DNA of 63,771 nt, the filler included, from Octopus bimaculoides (taxonomy: Eukaryota), in NCBI RefSeq assembly GCF_001194135.2. It is 7 parts of 7 records of this genome, joined end to end, with 100 filler letters (N's around TTAATTAATTAA, not from the genome) between each part and the next. Parts side by side here need not be neighbours in the genome. Positions count along the whole stretch, not along the records: positions 39,285 to 53,301 come from NC_068986.1; positions 53,402 to 62,464 come from NC_068996.1; 5 more parts are not named here. One strand, given 5' to 3'. The notes under the pieces are model-generated. The model was given only the letters and a program-made list of their open reading frames with translations. It had not been told where the DNA came from and searched no databases. The position numbers and the translations under genes were made by a program. This document shows, piece after piece, positions 50,310 through 62,168 of the stretch. Every line of letters begins with the position of its first letter. Position 1 is the first letter of the stretch.

Positions 50310-50580
50310 TGTAATGGCACGTGGTCTAAAAGTTTGGCTTTTCAGCTCCTGATTATAAGGTCGTGAATCCAGTTCCTAGATTGGTCACCACATTGTACTC
50401 TTGAGTAAGGCACTTCATTTTACACCGCTCGAGTCTGCTTAGCTGTATTGAGCACCATCCAGGTGCTGGTGCAGCCCGCTTTCTTTCCAGCTGTCACTTC
50501 TTCGATCAAGCAGGGGAAACCTTTTTCGAGAAGTGGGTCGCATGAGACATGCCGCATCGTCAGGCAGGCTGCACTACTAA
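50310..50580 (+). mobile_element. Diverged tRNA/CORE SINE with a different GC-rich body
   Basis: TGGCACGTGG...TCTTGAGTAAGGCACTTCATTTTAC head and core. The body is unassigned. Confidence 0.5.
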
Positions 50581-51479
50581 AAAATTTCAGATAATTTTAT
50601 TTATTTTTTTTAGGCATGCTATCTAGAAAGTCCCGGGGGCTGCAGTTTACCCACGACTATCTTAGATGTTCTGCTGGATCAAGAGTGATGGGGCCAAGAA
50701 GGTATATATCCACCTAAAACAGACAGCGAATGCACAGAACATGCTAGCAAGCTATACTCGCTCATAAGCGATGGTTGGCTGCATTATTTATATTATATGT
50801 GCAGCTATTTTGCTTTTATATATATTTCCTCACATATTGTTACCCAGTGTTTTCCTTTGAAAAATATTTGTGTAGTACATGTATACTGGTTCTTCTCAGG
50901 CCGACTTTATAAATTATACTAATTGCATACACATGCTGCGAAAATATTTTGTATATGTGAAAGAAATATTGTATTCATACAATGTGTTATTTAATGGCAA
51001 AAACTTCTATACTTGCCTAAGCAGTGGAAATAAATGAAAATAATTTATTTAAATCTTCACTTGTAAAGAGTTGATAAGTGTGGGAATATTCTGTGTACAT
51101 GTCATGTAACTATCGAACAATTCAGTTTCACTAACTTGTAAATTATGTTTGAAAAATCATTAAATGAAGGAAAGAGTTGGGAAATTAATACTTGTAAAGA
51201 AAACTGCTGTTAGGTACACATGCACTTTTAGACAATATGTGTATGTACGTGAATAATGTGTGTTGCTGGGGTGCATACATGCGTAAAATCCGTTCAGATA
51301 CAGCTTGTCTGCTGAAATAGCCACTGCTCTGCTCCAGTGCATACTTCACCGAAATGAACGCTACCAATTTTGCGAAGCTCTACCAGTTTGTGTGTGTGTG
51401 TGTGTCTATATGAAAAATCTTGTTTTTAATTAAAAATTATCTAAAACCTCTTTAAAAAACATGAACACAAACCTGGCAG

Positions 51480-51910
51480 GGGATGTGAAGAGGACGTTTA
51501 CGTGTAAGCTCTTTCATTGTCATCAAACTTTCAAGCACGTGGTATAAATCAAATTTTCATATGTCGATATCCGTAAAATAATAATTGTGTTTAGTAGCGA
51601 TAGTTAATATTTTCAGTTTAATTTCGAATTAAAAATCATTATAAAATATTCTTCTTTTATTCCTTTATTTTTAAAAAGTGATTATTTTGGATCTCCCATT
51701 TGCACGGTCGTCTAAATATTCACTCAATGAAAAAGAAAAGAAAGAAAACTGTCCTTTGATTTGTTGTTTGTGCACCATGATTCGATCCATTAATTTTATA
51801 TCTGTTTCACTGATATTATTCTCATTGCAATGTGGACATGTAATGCAGTAAATTAAATTTTTCGGTTTGCAATTCTTAAACTTTTTTATTTTACCTTGAG
51901 TATTCAATTC
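51480..51910 (-). pseudogene. Penelope-like GIY-YIG endonuclease fragment and 3' region
   Basis: FKNCKPKNLIYCITCPHCNENNISET...DRIMVHKQQIK...LSEYLD, then IKEEYFI...SKLN*. Confidence 0.85.
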
Positions 51911-52004
51911 TCAAGCCCCCAAACAAAGCTCTTCCAATTTTATTACTTGCATAATTTCTTCCTCCGACATAAATTTGACCTTTCTTAAGAATCTTTTACA
52001 ATTT

Positions 52005-52155
52005 GGTGCCCTTCGGCATAATGGTTTTTGATTTAGGCACAAGGCTAGAAGTTTTGAGGGGAAGGGATAAGTCGATATCATCGACGCTAATACTGGTACT
52101 TTAACAACTTCGAAACGATAAAAAGCAAAGTTGACCACTGCAGGAGTTGAACTCA
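52005..52155 (-). mobile_element. SINE family B fragment
   Basis: AGGCACAAGGCTAGAAGTTTTGAGGGG and AAAGTTGACCAC. Confidence 0.7.
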
Positions 52156-52169
52156 GGATGTAAAGTTAA

Positions 52170-52432
52170 GGTATCTGTCTCCTGGACATTACTGCCTCGT
52201 GTCCTACGAGTCATAAGGCCAGTTACTCTTTTTCTACGACAGATGAGTGGCTGAAATCTAAAGAAGGCGCCAGTCCATTTCAGAGTTGCTTATTTACAGC
52301 CGAGTGGGCTGGGGCATCGTAAAATGAAATATTTCGCTCAAAACACACAACACACTGTCCAGGTTGGGAATCGAAATCACGATCGCAAGATCATGAATGC
52401 AACACCCTAACCACTATGCCACGCGCCTTCAC
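52170..52432 (-). mobile_element. tRNA/CORE SINE
   Basis: Head GGCGCGTGGCATAGTGGTTAGGG...TTTCGATTCC with a CORE-like segment. Confidence 0.75.
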
Positions 52433-53175
52433 AAGAACGTAAAGAGCCGGGAGAAATGTCGCACAGCATTTTCCGATACTCTAACGATTCTGCCAGATCG
52501 TTTAATAACACAAGGAATGTGGTAAAATGGCAAAAACAATGGAATAACGGATTAACTGCCTTTCAGTTATTAACCGTGACTTTCTGGATTTCTACTTTCA
52601 AATCCAACCAGCACAAATTTCATTTTTCACGTCCCTTTGAATCGATAAAAAAGAAAAAATATGCTCAGATCGCTTGAGATATTAGACAGCAAATAGTTCG
52701 TAACTATATATAACAATATTCAGGTATGATAATCTTGTTATTAATGTTGATGTTATGGTGGCTTAGCCTGGATTCAGTTATCACCAAGCAGATTATGGCA
52801 GCATTTGAACACGGAACTTAAAAAGCCGGAACAAATACGGCAGGAGACTCTTTTATTAGTCCACCATCCTGGGTTAATATTTTTGTTTATCGACCTCTAG
52901 AATGAAAGCCAAAGCTAACCACCGCAGGATTTGAACTCGGAGCACAGACAGTCGGAACATATACCGCAAGGCAATCTATCCAACACTCTAACAAAACTGC
53001 CGATGTGTCGCCTATATTCTGAATTTAAATCCCTCCGGATGTAATTGTATTTTTATCGTCCAGGCTCCAGAAAAATAAGAGTGTCGAGTTAATTTCCTTG
53101 AAAATATTTGATCTGGGTCAAATATAAGAAACTATTATTATTGTTGTTGTTGCTACTGCTCTTATCATCATCATC

Positions 53176-53249
<74 letters not shown>

Positions 53250-53829
53250 CCACCACATCCATTCTATAAACCATCTTTAAAACGAAATAAAAGTTCCATA
53301 CNNNNNNNNNNNNNNNNNNNNNNNNNNNNNNNNNNNNNNNNNNNNTTAATTAATTAANNNNNNNNNNNNNNNNNNNNNNNNNNNNNNNNNNNNNNNNNNN
53401 NGGAATATGAACGTAAATAAATAAATTTAAATTTAAAAAAAAAGTCTCTATCTGATCTGATATAAACGAAATTGTTACAAACACACATATGGACGCACAT
53501 ACTTACATATAAGCACGAACACATAAGTGCGTGCACACATATGAGCGTGCACACATACGAGCTTGCACACACTCACATGCTCATACCAAACAGTTTCGAA
53601 ACAACGCCAGATCATATATTCAAAATAAATGGAAGTGGAGAGACAAGTTACTGAAGAGATTGCAAGAGTGCAATGAAATAATTTAACAAAAAACTATATA
53701 AATTAATAAAGGACTGAACCAGTGCGTCTGTTTATTACCGGCATAATGCCTCTCCCAAGGTTTAATAATACATATATATATTTATAGTATATTTGTCTGT
53801 ATGTATGCATGTATGTACATATATACATG

Positions 53830-54062
53830 CATGCATATATGGTGGTTGTCTACTCCTTATGCAGAGTTTGACCACCTGTTGTACTTGCAACTTAGATCCA
53901 TCATGGCATCTGATGTGGCTTTTTAAACCAGACAACGTCTTGAAAATACACCCACATAGATTGCATGTCTGATTTGGACCACCAAGAGCTGCAGTTAAGT
54001 TCTGATCTTTGTGGATCTTAAAATGTCTTTTGAGGCCTCCATTAGATTTGCAGACCTTATGG
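53830..54062 (-). mobile_element. RTE LINE extreme 3' end encoding C2H2 zinc fingers
   Basis: CHKVCKSNGGLKRHFKIH and CNLCGCIFKTLSGLKSHIRCH. The terminus GGAGTAGACAACCACCA resembles the RTE end GAGTGGACGGCCATCA at ~61093-61108. Both sides are microsatellite. Confidence 0.65.
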
Positions 54063-54123
54063 CATATATACATACGTACACACATACATACATACATACA
54101 CATACATACATACATACATACAT

Positions 54124-54158
<35 letters not shown>

Positions 54159-54174
54159 TACATACAAACAAACA

Positions 54175-55890
54175 AAAAGACATCTTCCAGGGTGGTAGCA
54201 TGCCAGTGTTACTTTCCGTTCTCCCATTAAATTCATTACCATACCTGCTCACAAAACAAGATGATCAGAGAAATGGATCCAGAAGTATCTCCCATCTTTT
54301 CTTTGTTGATGACCTGAAACTGTATGGGCAAAATGTGAGCCACATAAAAAACAATTGGACCTAGTAAACCAATTTCCTAGGAACTTTGGGATGAAATTTA
54401 CTGAGTCTAAATGTACATTTTTAACAAGAAAACATGGAAAAGTTGTGCCCTCCTCTGAAAACCTAAAAATGAATGGCTTCACAATACAACCTCTACACTC
54501 AGATGACAATTATAGATATATCAGACAAGATGAGAATGTCAGATATGATGGACCCATAAATAAGGAAAGGATTAGAAATGAACTCCTTGGGAGGGTAAAG
54601 GGAATATGGTCATCAGAACTTTCAGCTTACAACAAACATATTACCACGACACCTTTGCAGTACCTGAACACATGCTTATGTTTGGCCTCCCAAACTGATT
54701 ACAAGAATTAAATGAGGTAGATGCTTGAACTCATAATTATTGGAAACTTCAAAATCTATGGAGATGTAGATACACTGTACTTCTCACACAAGGATGGTGG
54801 CTATGGTCTCAAATCTGTACTGATGTCATATGAAACATGGATTGGGACAGTTAAACAACATCTGCAGCAGAGGAAAGAGACCAGTTTGTGACCACGAAAC
54901 CAATAATATAATTAGGCTAGTTAACGAAGTTGAGGAGAGGTATGAAATAAGAGCGGATACAGTCCTCTCCCCAAGAAGCATTGGTAAAATCTATTTATCA
55001 GAACAACAGGGAAAAAATATGGAGTATTTCACTGAGAAGGTAGTACATGAGTACTTGGCATGTAAAACGTAGACCATAGAAAGGATTGATCATGTCATCA
55101 GCTTGGCAAGGAGTATTGATAAGTTTATGACATCCCACTTTGAAGGCTACAGCCATAGAATCCAAGAACAAGAGATGCCCACCAAATACCTTCAGTATAA
55201 AATGCAGAAAATATTGAAAACAAATGTAAGGTAGTGCAAGACCAAGAATGAAGACACCAACCTCATTATTGCCAACTATGGGAGAATGTCTTCCAGATAT
55301 TATCTTCCTATGAAGTATAATGCAGTGACCAAAGCAGTCTGGAACAGGATAAACAAAAAAGAAAATACTATAGACAAAGTTGACCATATTGAGACCAATG
55401 GGTCAAAAGAATATTGGCAAAACCTAAAAATTAAAACACCCACCAATTTAAAACACAGCCAGATATCATTGTGTGGGACCACAAAAAAAAAAAAACATGT
55501 TCTGTTGTGAAAATCAGCTGCCCTCTGGAAATATATGTGGCCAGAAAAATACAAGAGAAAGCAGACATCTTTGGACCATTGATAAGGAGTTTGCAAATCC
55601 TTACCCAAGATACACTTTCAACTTCATACCTATTATTATTGAAGCAACAGGATACATATCAACCCACATGGAGCAAAGTATGGCTGAACTTGGGATCTTG
55701 GGGGAGACAACGCCAGTCCTTAATTCATACTCTACAAATGATCACAATATCTGGGACTATAAAAATCTGGAAGACCTCTTAAGATTTAAAGGATGATGGT
55801 TAAAAGATATTTTCCTTCGCAACTTTGCCATAAGTAGATGGCCAGTCAAAATTTACTCTAAAATTAAAAAGAGAAAGAGAAGAAAGAATG
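54175..55890 (+). mobile_element. 5'-truncated R4/Dong-like LINE (RT, CCHC, RLE, 3' UTR), heavily frameshifted
   Basis: IFQGGSM...LPLN (FQGDSLS), SHLFFVDDLKLY (YMDDLK), YRYI, QEQEMPTKY, YYLPMKYN.V, SCPLEI...KIQEK and FIPIIIEATGYI. Bounded by (CA)/(CATA)n at both ends. Confidence 0.9.
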
Positions 55891-56981
55891 AATGTATATA
55901 CATTCATACACACATACATACATGCATACATATGTACATACATACATACATATGTACATACATACATACATACATACATACATACATACATACATACACA
56001 CACACACATACATACATACATACATACATACATACATACATTCATACACACATACATACATATATACAAACATACATACATACATATGTACATACATACA
56101 TACATATGCACATACATACATACATACATACACACATACACACGGACATACATACATCGACACATACATAGGCACATACATACATACGTACATACATACA
56201 TACACGCATACATACATACATGTATATATACGTATGTACACACATACATACATACATACATACATAATATCTCTGNNNNNNNNNNNNNNNNNNNNNNNNN
56301 NNNNNNNNNNNNNNNNNNNNNNNNNNNNNNNNNNNNNNNNNNNNNNNNNNNNNNNNNNNNNNNNNNNNNNNNNNNNNNNNNNNNNNNNNNNNNNNNNNNN
56401 NNNNNNNNNNNNNNNNNNNNNNNNNNNNNNNNNNNNNNNNNNNNNNNNNNNNNNNNNNNNNNNNNNNNNNNNNNNNNNNNNNNNNNNNNNNNNNNNNNNN
56501 NNNNNNNNNNNNNNNNNNNNNNNNNNNNNNNNNNNNNNNNNNNNNNNNNNNNNNNNNNNNNNNNNNNNNNNNNNNNNNNNNNNNNNNNNNNNNNNNNNNN
56601 NNNNNNNNNNNNNNNNNNNNNNNNNNNNNNNNNNNNNNNNNNNNNNNNNNNNNNNNNNTGTATGTATGTATGTATGTATGCATGTATGCATGTATGTATG
56701 ATGTATTATGTATACATATATGTATATATGTATGTATGTATGTATGTATGCATGTATGTATGATGTATGAATGTATGTACGTACGAATGTACATATGTAT
56801 ACACACACATATGCATATATATGTGTATACACACATATATGCATATATATGTGTATACACACATATATGCATATATATATGTATACATGTGTATATGTGT
56901 TTATGCATACAAGTATGCGTATATATGTATATGCATACTTTATATATATATGTATGTATATACACACAAACACACACACAA

Positions 56982-57012
<31 letters not shown>

Positions 57013-57159
57013 CATATATATATATAAAGTATGCATATGCATATATACACATACTTGTATACATACACACATGCACATGTATACACATAGGCATATATAT
57101 GTGTATACATATGTATATGTGTGTATGTATACAAGTATGTGTATATATGTATATGCATA

Positions 57160-57220
<61 letters not shown>
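55890..57220. repeat. Complex (CATA)/(TATG)/(TA)/(CA) microsatellite field with a gap
   Basis: Direct inspection. It accounts for the long YIHT/MYVC ORFs. Confidence 0.97.
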
Positions 57221-57224
<4 letters not shown>

Positions 57225-58436
57225 GTGCATAAGATATTTGAGAACAGATTCATGTTCATAAGAAAACAGATATATAATAACAGATAATAACTTTATTTAT
57301 TAAAAAATGCAATGAGTATAAAAATAAACTTTCTTTTCTATAATGTTATTCGATATAACTTCCTTCAGCTTCAACAACAGTTTCTATATGAGATCTAAAT
57401 CATCTACATGCTCAAATCAAGTAGTCCTGTTTCGTTTTGGACATTATTCTGACTATGGTAACTTTCAAAGAATATTTGGTGATATGGGTGTGTTCATTGA
57501 TCTCTCTCTCAACAATGCTCCACGTGTAATAGTCCAATGGATTGAGATCTGGGGAATTAGGAGGCCAGATATTAAATTTTCAAACATTCCTGTGTTACTA
57601 GAGTCATGTGTGATAGTGCAGAGTCTTACTGAAACACATATGGCCTTCCATTGCATACACTGTCTATCCAGGGCTTAACAATTATTTCCAGGACCTCAAT
57701 GTAGGAGGCATAATTAACTCTAAGTCCTTGTGTAATCTCATGTCCTTCATTGTTGACAACCCCTAAAACCATGACAGTTGCAGGAAATTTTGTATACATA
57801 ACACTTGGAACTTCAGAAGGATCTGCACATAATCATCTGTCATTTCTTCTGTTAACTTTTGATCTTGGTCAAAGTTTTTATTGTTTGAGAAAAACCAAAT
57901 CAAGTCTTCTGCTGGATTTTTCAGTTTGTTTAAGAACCTTTTAGATCTGATGTAGTGATTCTCTTTTGCTTTTTCTGACAAATTGATCTTTCCTCATCAT
58001 ATAAGACTTATATCTAATGTCTTCATAGACAACATTTCTGACCCTTCTGACACATGGAGATCTTTTGCAAGTGACCTCATGGACGTTTTGGGATTGTAAT
58101 CAATGGTCTGTTGAACTTGTTGGATAAATTGAGATGTTCTGATGATTTCAGAGCATTTAGAATGTTTTTTATGCTTTGATACTGGTGATACGTTTCCATC
58201 TTCAGTCTCTAGCTCCTGACAAACTTTGTAAACGAAAGATCTGACAACTTTTAAAAATCGAGATATTTCTAAATCGCTATGCTCAGCCTTTATAACCACA
58301 ATAACAGCATGCCTCTTCATTCCTTGAGTAAGCTGAGGATCTACTATTATTATTTTCTGAAACAAAGATTATACAGAGTTAGCAAAAAATGCAGCAATGA
58401 CCCATAAAAGGTATGTCCTCAAATACGTTATGCACC

Positions 58437-58439
<3 letters not shown>
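57221..58439 (-). mobile_element. Decayed Tc1/mariner-superfamily transposon (maT/DD37D-like)
   Basis: Imperfect TIRs GGGTGCATAA..TATTTGAG.ACA at both ends within TA runs. HTH N-terminus (EISRFLKVVRSFVYKV), FFSNNKNFDQDQK, VFQ*DSA and WPPNSPDLNPLDYYTWS. A deletion prevents counting the D-D spacing. Confidence 0.88.
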
Positions 58440-58475
<36 letters not shown>

Positions 58476-58484
58476 TATTCATAT

Positions 58485-59385
58485 TCATCATCGTTTAATG
58501 TCAGCTTTCCATGCTGGCATGGGTTGGATGGTTTCACTGAGGATTGGCAAGCCAAGAGGCTGCACCAGGCTCCTATCTGATCTGGCAAGGTTTCTACAGC
58601 TGGATGCCCTTCCTAACACCAACCATTCTGAGAATAAAGTGGGTGCTTTTTACGTGCCACTGGCACAGGAGCCAGTCTGGTGACACTGGCATCGATCATG
58701 TTCAAATGAATCTTTTTACATGCCACCGGCATGGGAGCCAGTCTAGTGACACTGGCATTGACCACACTCAAATGGTCCTTTTTACATGCCACCAGTATGG
58801 GAGCCAGTCTGGCAGCACTGGCACTGACCATGCTCAAATGATGCTTTTTACATGCCACCAGAATGGGTGCCAGTCAGGCGGTACTGGCATCAGTCATGAG
58901 GATTTCACTTGACTCAACAGGTTTTTTCAAGCACAGCATATCTCCAAAGGTCTTGGTCACTTGGTATTGCCTCTGTGAGATCCATTTGAAGGTCATGCTC
59001 ACCACCTCATCCCAGGTCTTCCTGAGTCTACCTCTCCCACAGGTTCCCTCAACTGCTAGGGTGTGACACTTTTTCACACAGCTATCCTCATCCATACATA
59101 ACACATGACCATACCAGTGCAGTCATCTCTCTTGCACACCACATCTGATGCTTCTTAGGTCCAACTTTTTTCTCAGAGAGCTTACACTCTGTTGAGTATG
59201 CACACTGACATTACACATCCAGTGGAACATACTAGCTTCATTTCTTTCAAGCCTACGCATGTCCTCAGCAGTCACAGCCCATGTTTTGCTGCCATGTAGC
59301 ATGGCTGTTCTCACACATGCGTCATACAGTCTACCTTTCACTCTGAGTGTGAGACCCTTTGTTACCAGCAAAGATAACAATAGAT
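58485..59385 (-). mobile_element. RTE-group (RTE-X-like) LINE 3' fragment
   Basis: KGRLYDACVRTAMLHGSKTWA...LERNE, RLHWYGHV and GRGRLRKTWDEVV. The 3' UTR carries tandem repeats and a (TGA) tail. Confidence 0.88.
58647..58890. repeat. 66-bp tandem repeat in the LINE 3' UTR (~3.7 units)
   Basis: TTTTTAC.TGCCAC starts at 58647, 58713, 58779 and 58845. Each unit contains the GCCAGT/ACTGGC inverted repeat. Confidence 0.95.
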
Positions 59386-59939
59386 AACAAGAAATTCAAT
59401 TTTTATGCAAGATTTTCCTGGATCAAGACATTTCAGACAGGTGTGATGTAGAGTGTGTGTAGCATGTGTGTGTGTAGCATGTGTGTGTGTAGCATGTGTG
59501 TGTGTAGCATGTGTGTGTGTGTGTGTGTGCGTGTACGTGCGTGCGTGCGTGTGTTGTACATTCCACACTTGTCACTGCTCTTAAGCGAAAAGGTACTGAT
59601 GTTCACATTACTTATTGACATCGTTCGTGACTGGTCACTTCCTATTTTCAATGACTGTGGAATATAGAAATAAATCACTGACTTGAAAAGTCAGGTAAAG
59701 TTTGGCAACAGGAAGAGCATCCAGCTATAAAACTCAGAGAACTCTCCATGCTGGTATGGAAAGAAATTCAGTGAAATGAATGACAGACTAGCTGTGCATG
59801 TGTGTGTGTGTGGGTGTAGTTGATGTATATCCCTACCCCTCAGCCCCCCCATAAAAATGGAGCTGAATTTTGACCCATTGGATACTGTCAAACATTCAAC
59901 TTATGTTAGTATAAAAGATAGTCATTAAAAAAATTAAAG

Positions 59940-60238
59940 GGATGATGATGATATATATATATGTGTGCATGTGTGTGATGGTGTGTATGCATGTGTGTAT
60001 GTATGTATGTATGTATGTATGTGTGTATGTATGTATGTATGTGTGTATGTATGTGTGTATATATGTATGTATGTATGTGTGTGAGTGTGTATGTGTGTGA
60101 GGATGTATGTGTGTATGTATGTGTGTATGAGTGTGTATGTGTGTGAGTATGTATGTGTGTATGTATGTGTGTGAGTATGTATGTATGTATGTATGTATGT
60201 GTATGTATGTATGTATGTATGTATGTATGTATGTATGT
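59940..60238. repeat. (TATG)/(TG) compound microsatellite
   Basis: Direct inspection. Confidence 0.95.
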
Positions 60239-60239
60239 G

Positions 60240-61108
60240 AAACCAGCTATCTTGGTTGAAGGAACAATTCTGAAGGTAGTAGACAAGTTTGTCTACCTGG
60301 GCAGCACACTCAGCCATTCTTGCTCCCTGGATGAGGAAATATGTTTCAGGTTGCAGAGAGCAACTAATTCCTTCCGGTCTCTTCAGTCTCATGTCTGGTC
60401 CCAGCATGGAATAGCAAGGCAAACAAAAGTTGCTGTGTACCGTGCTTGTGTACTAACATTGCTCCTCTACTCGTGTGAAACATGGACTCTGTACAAACGT
60501 CAGGTAAGGGTTCTTGAACACTTTCATCAGAGATGTCTCAGGCACATTCTCAATGTTGGCTGGACTTCAAGGATTCCAGACACACAGATCCTGAGGACAG
60601 CTGATATGTTAAGTATTGAGGCGATGGTGCACAAGCACCGGTTACGTTGGACTGGACACGTTATTAGAATGAAGGATAGCAGGATTCCTAAGCAGATGCT
60701 CTATGGAGAACTTGTGAATGGAAGGAGACTCCGGCAGAAACCAAGGCTGCGCTTTAAGGACTGTGTCAAGTCCTCATTAAAGGCTTGTGATATGCAGGAC
60801 ACTGACTAGAAGAATAATGCCTGTCATCGCCACGGATGGAGGAAGCAGGGTAAGGAGGAGATCAACACTTTTGAGAGAGCACGTATCCAGCATGAAGAAC
60901 TTAAGCGAGCTGCGCGAAAAGGCACGGCTCGTATAGTGAATGGGAAAAGCTTAATCTGCAATGTTTGCAGTCGGGTATGCTTATCAAGAGCAGAGCTCAT
61001 TAGCCACCAACGGAGCCGTAAATGCAAAATGTAAGTTAGTACTAGAGCGCAGAATGCTCCTGAAGGTCGGCAATGGTCTTCCTCGGTCATGAGTGGACGG
61101 CCATCATG
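60240..61108 (+). mobile_element. 5'-truncated RTE (BovB-like) LINE
   Basis: VDKFVYLGS...LLYSCETWT...FHQRCLRHIL...LRWTGHVIRM...IPKQMLYGEL...RFKD, one stop, then the C-terminal C2H2-like CNVCSRVCLSRAELISHQR. (TATG)n on both sides. Confidence 0.95.
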
Positions 61109-61752
61109 TATGTATGTGCGGGTATGTATGTATGTATGTATGTATGTAAGTATGTATGTGTGTATATATAGACAGCTGCAAACTTGTGTTCAAGTATTGC
61201 CATCATCTGATCAAAAGTCCCACATATGCAATGGCTACAACCAACCATTTTTGTGACAGGTCTTACATTTTTTCAAATGATGCCTGTGCATGATGATTTT
61301 TTTTTTTTTTTTATTGTGGGGAAAAAATTTTGCACAAATCCAATTCCACTCTCTGAACATGGACAGCATAAACTTGAAAAGAAGAACTAGTCTACATCAT
61401 TGAATATTGTCAGTGTCGCAGGTTTTCTCTCAGAGTTTTTCTCTCCTAGAGAGATGCTGTGACAACAATAGAGAGGCTTCCCACTCCCACTGGGCCAACT
61501 GTGCACCTGGACACCAACCCAGGTATTTCCACATCCCCATGCAAACATACATGCATACATACACATATTGTTGAATGGCCATTGACTGCTCATGAACCCT
61601 TCTGCCCATTGACAAGTCTTATTTTCCATCCCACAGTCACCCTCCTCACCAAGCAAGCTTGATGGGATTGCCAGTTTGGTCACTGACGACCCAACCATGC
61701 AACAGGTTGTGCTGGGTTACATGTTACCAGTAGCACCCAAGAGTAATCTGAC

Positions 61753-61795
<43 letters not shown>

Positions 61796-61886
61796 GAGAA
61801 TTTACGAAAAAAAACAACAACAGACGAGGACAGGTGGTGTAAACAACAAAAGGATGTATTAGTTTAACGCTTGGGAATACAGAAAG

Positions 61887-61923
61887 TCTTTAACGTTTCG
61901 AGCTATGCTCTTCAACAGAAAGA
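61887..61923 (-). ncRNA. Minimal hammerhead motif with core CUGUUGA (A6U)
   Basis: TCTTT-CTGTTGA-A-GAGC-ATA-GCTC-GAAAC-GTT-AAAGA. Stems I and II are perfect and helix III is the palindrome AACGTT. Confidence 0.6.
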
Positions 61924-62122
61924 ATACGGAGAAAACAAGGAGAAAAACACGGAGAAAAAAAATTGAATGGTTTGGTCAGCGATCTATCATGGCGTTTGCC
62001 GGACAGAAAGTTCACACAGGAGAGCTAAGATAAAGGGGAGATAACAAAAGGGGAAGGAAACGGTACTCAAATACCAGAGGTAGAGTAATATGCTTTATTT
62101 AAAAGCAGCAGAAATATATAAA

Positions 62123-62168
62123 AAAACTGTTACTCGGAGTTTCACGTACCGATTCATCGGACAGTTTT
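62123..62168 (-). ncRNA. Minimal hammerhead motif with core CCGAUGA (U4C)
   Basis: AAAACTGT-CCGATGA-ATCGGTACGT-GAAAC-TCCGA-GTA-ACAGTTTT. Stem I is 8 bp, helix III is the near-palindrome ACTC-C-GAGT, the triplet is GUA, and stem II is weak. Confidence 0.6.

Noticed and set aside
58647-58890. CRISPR-like appearance (regular repeats with hairpins)
   Set aside because: Whole units are homologous with no unique spacers, there are no cas genes, and the array lies in a eukaryotic LINE 3' UTR.
61380-61745. Possible RTE 5' UTR on the minus strand
   Set aside because: Resemblance is impression only, with no ORF or in-window copy to confirm it.
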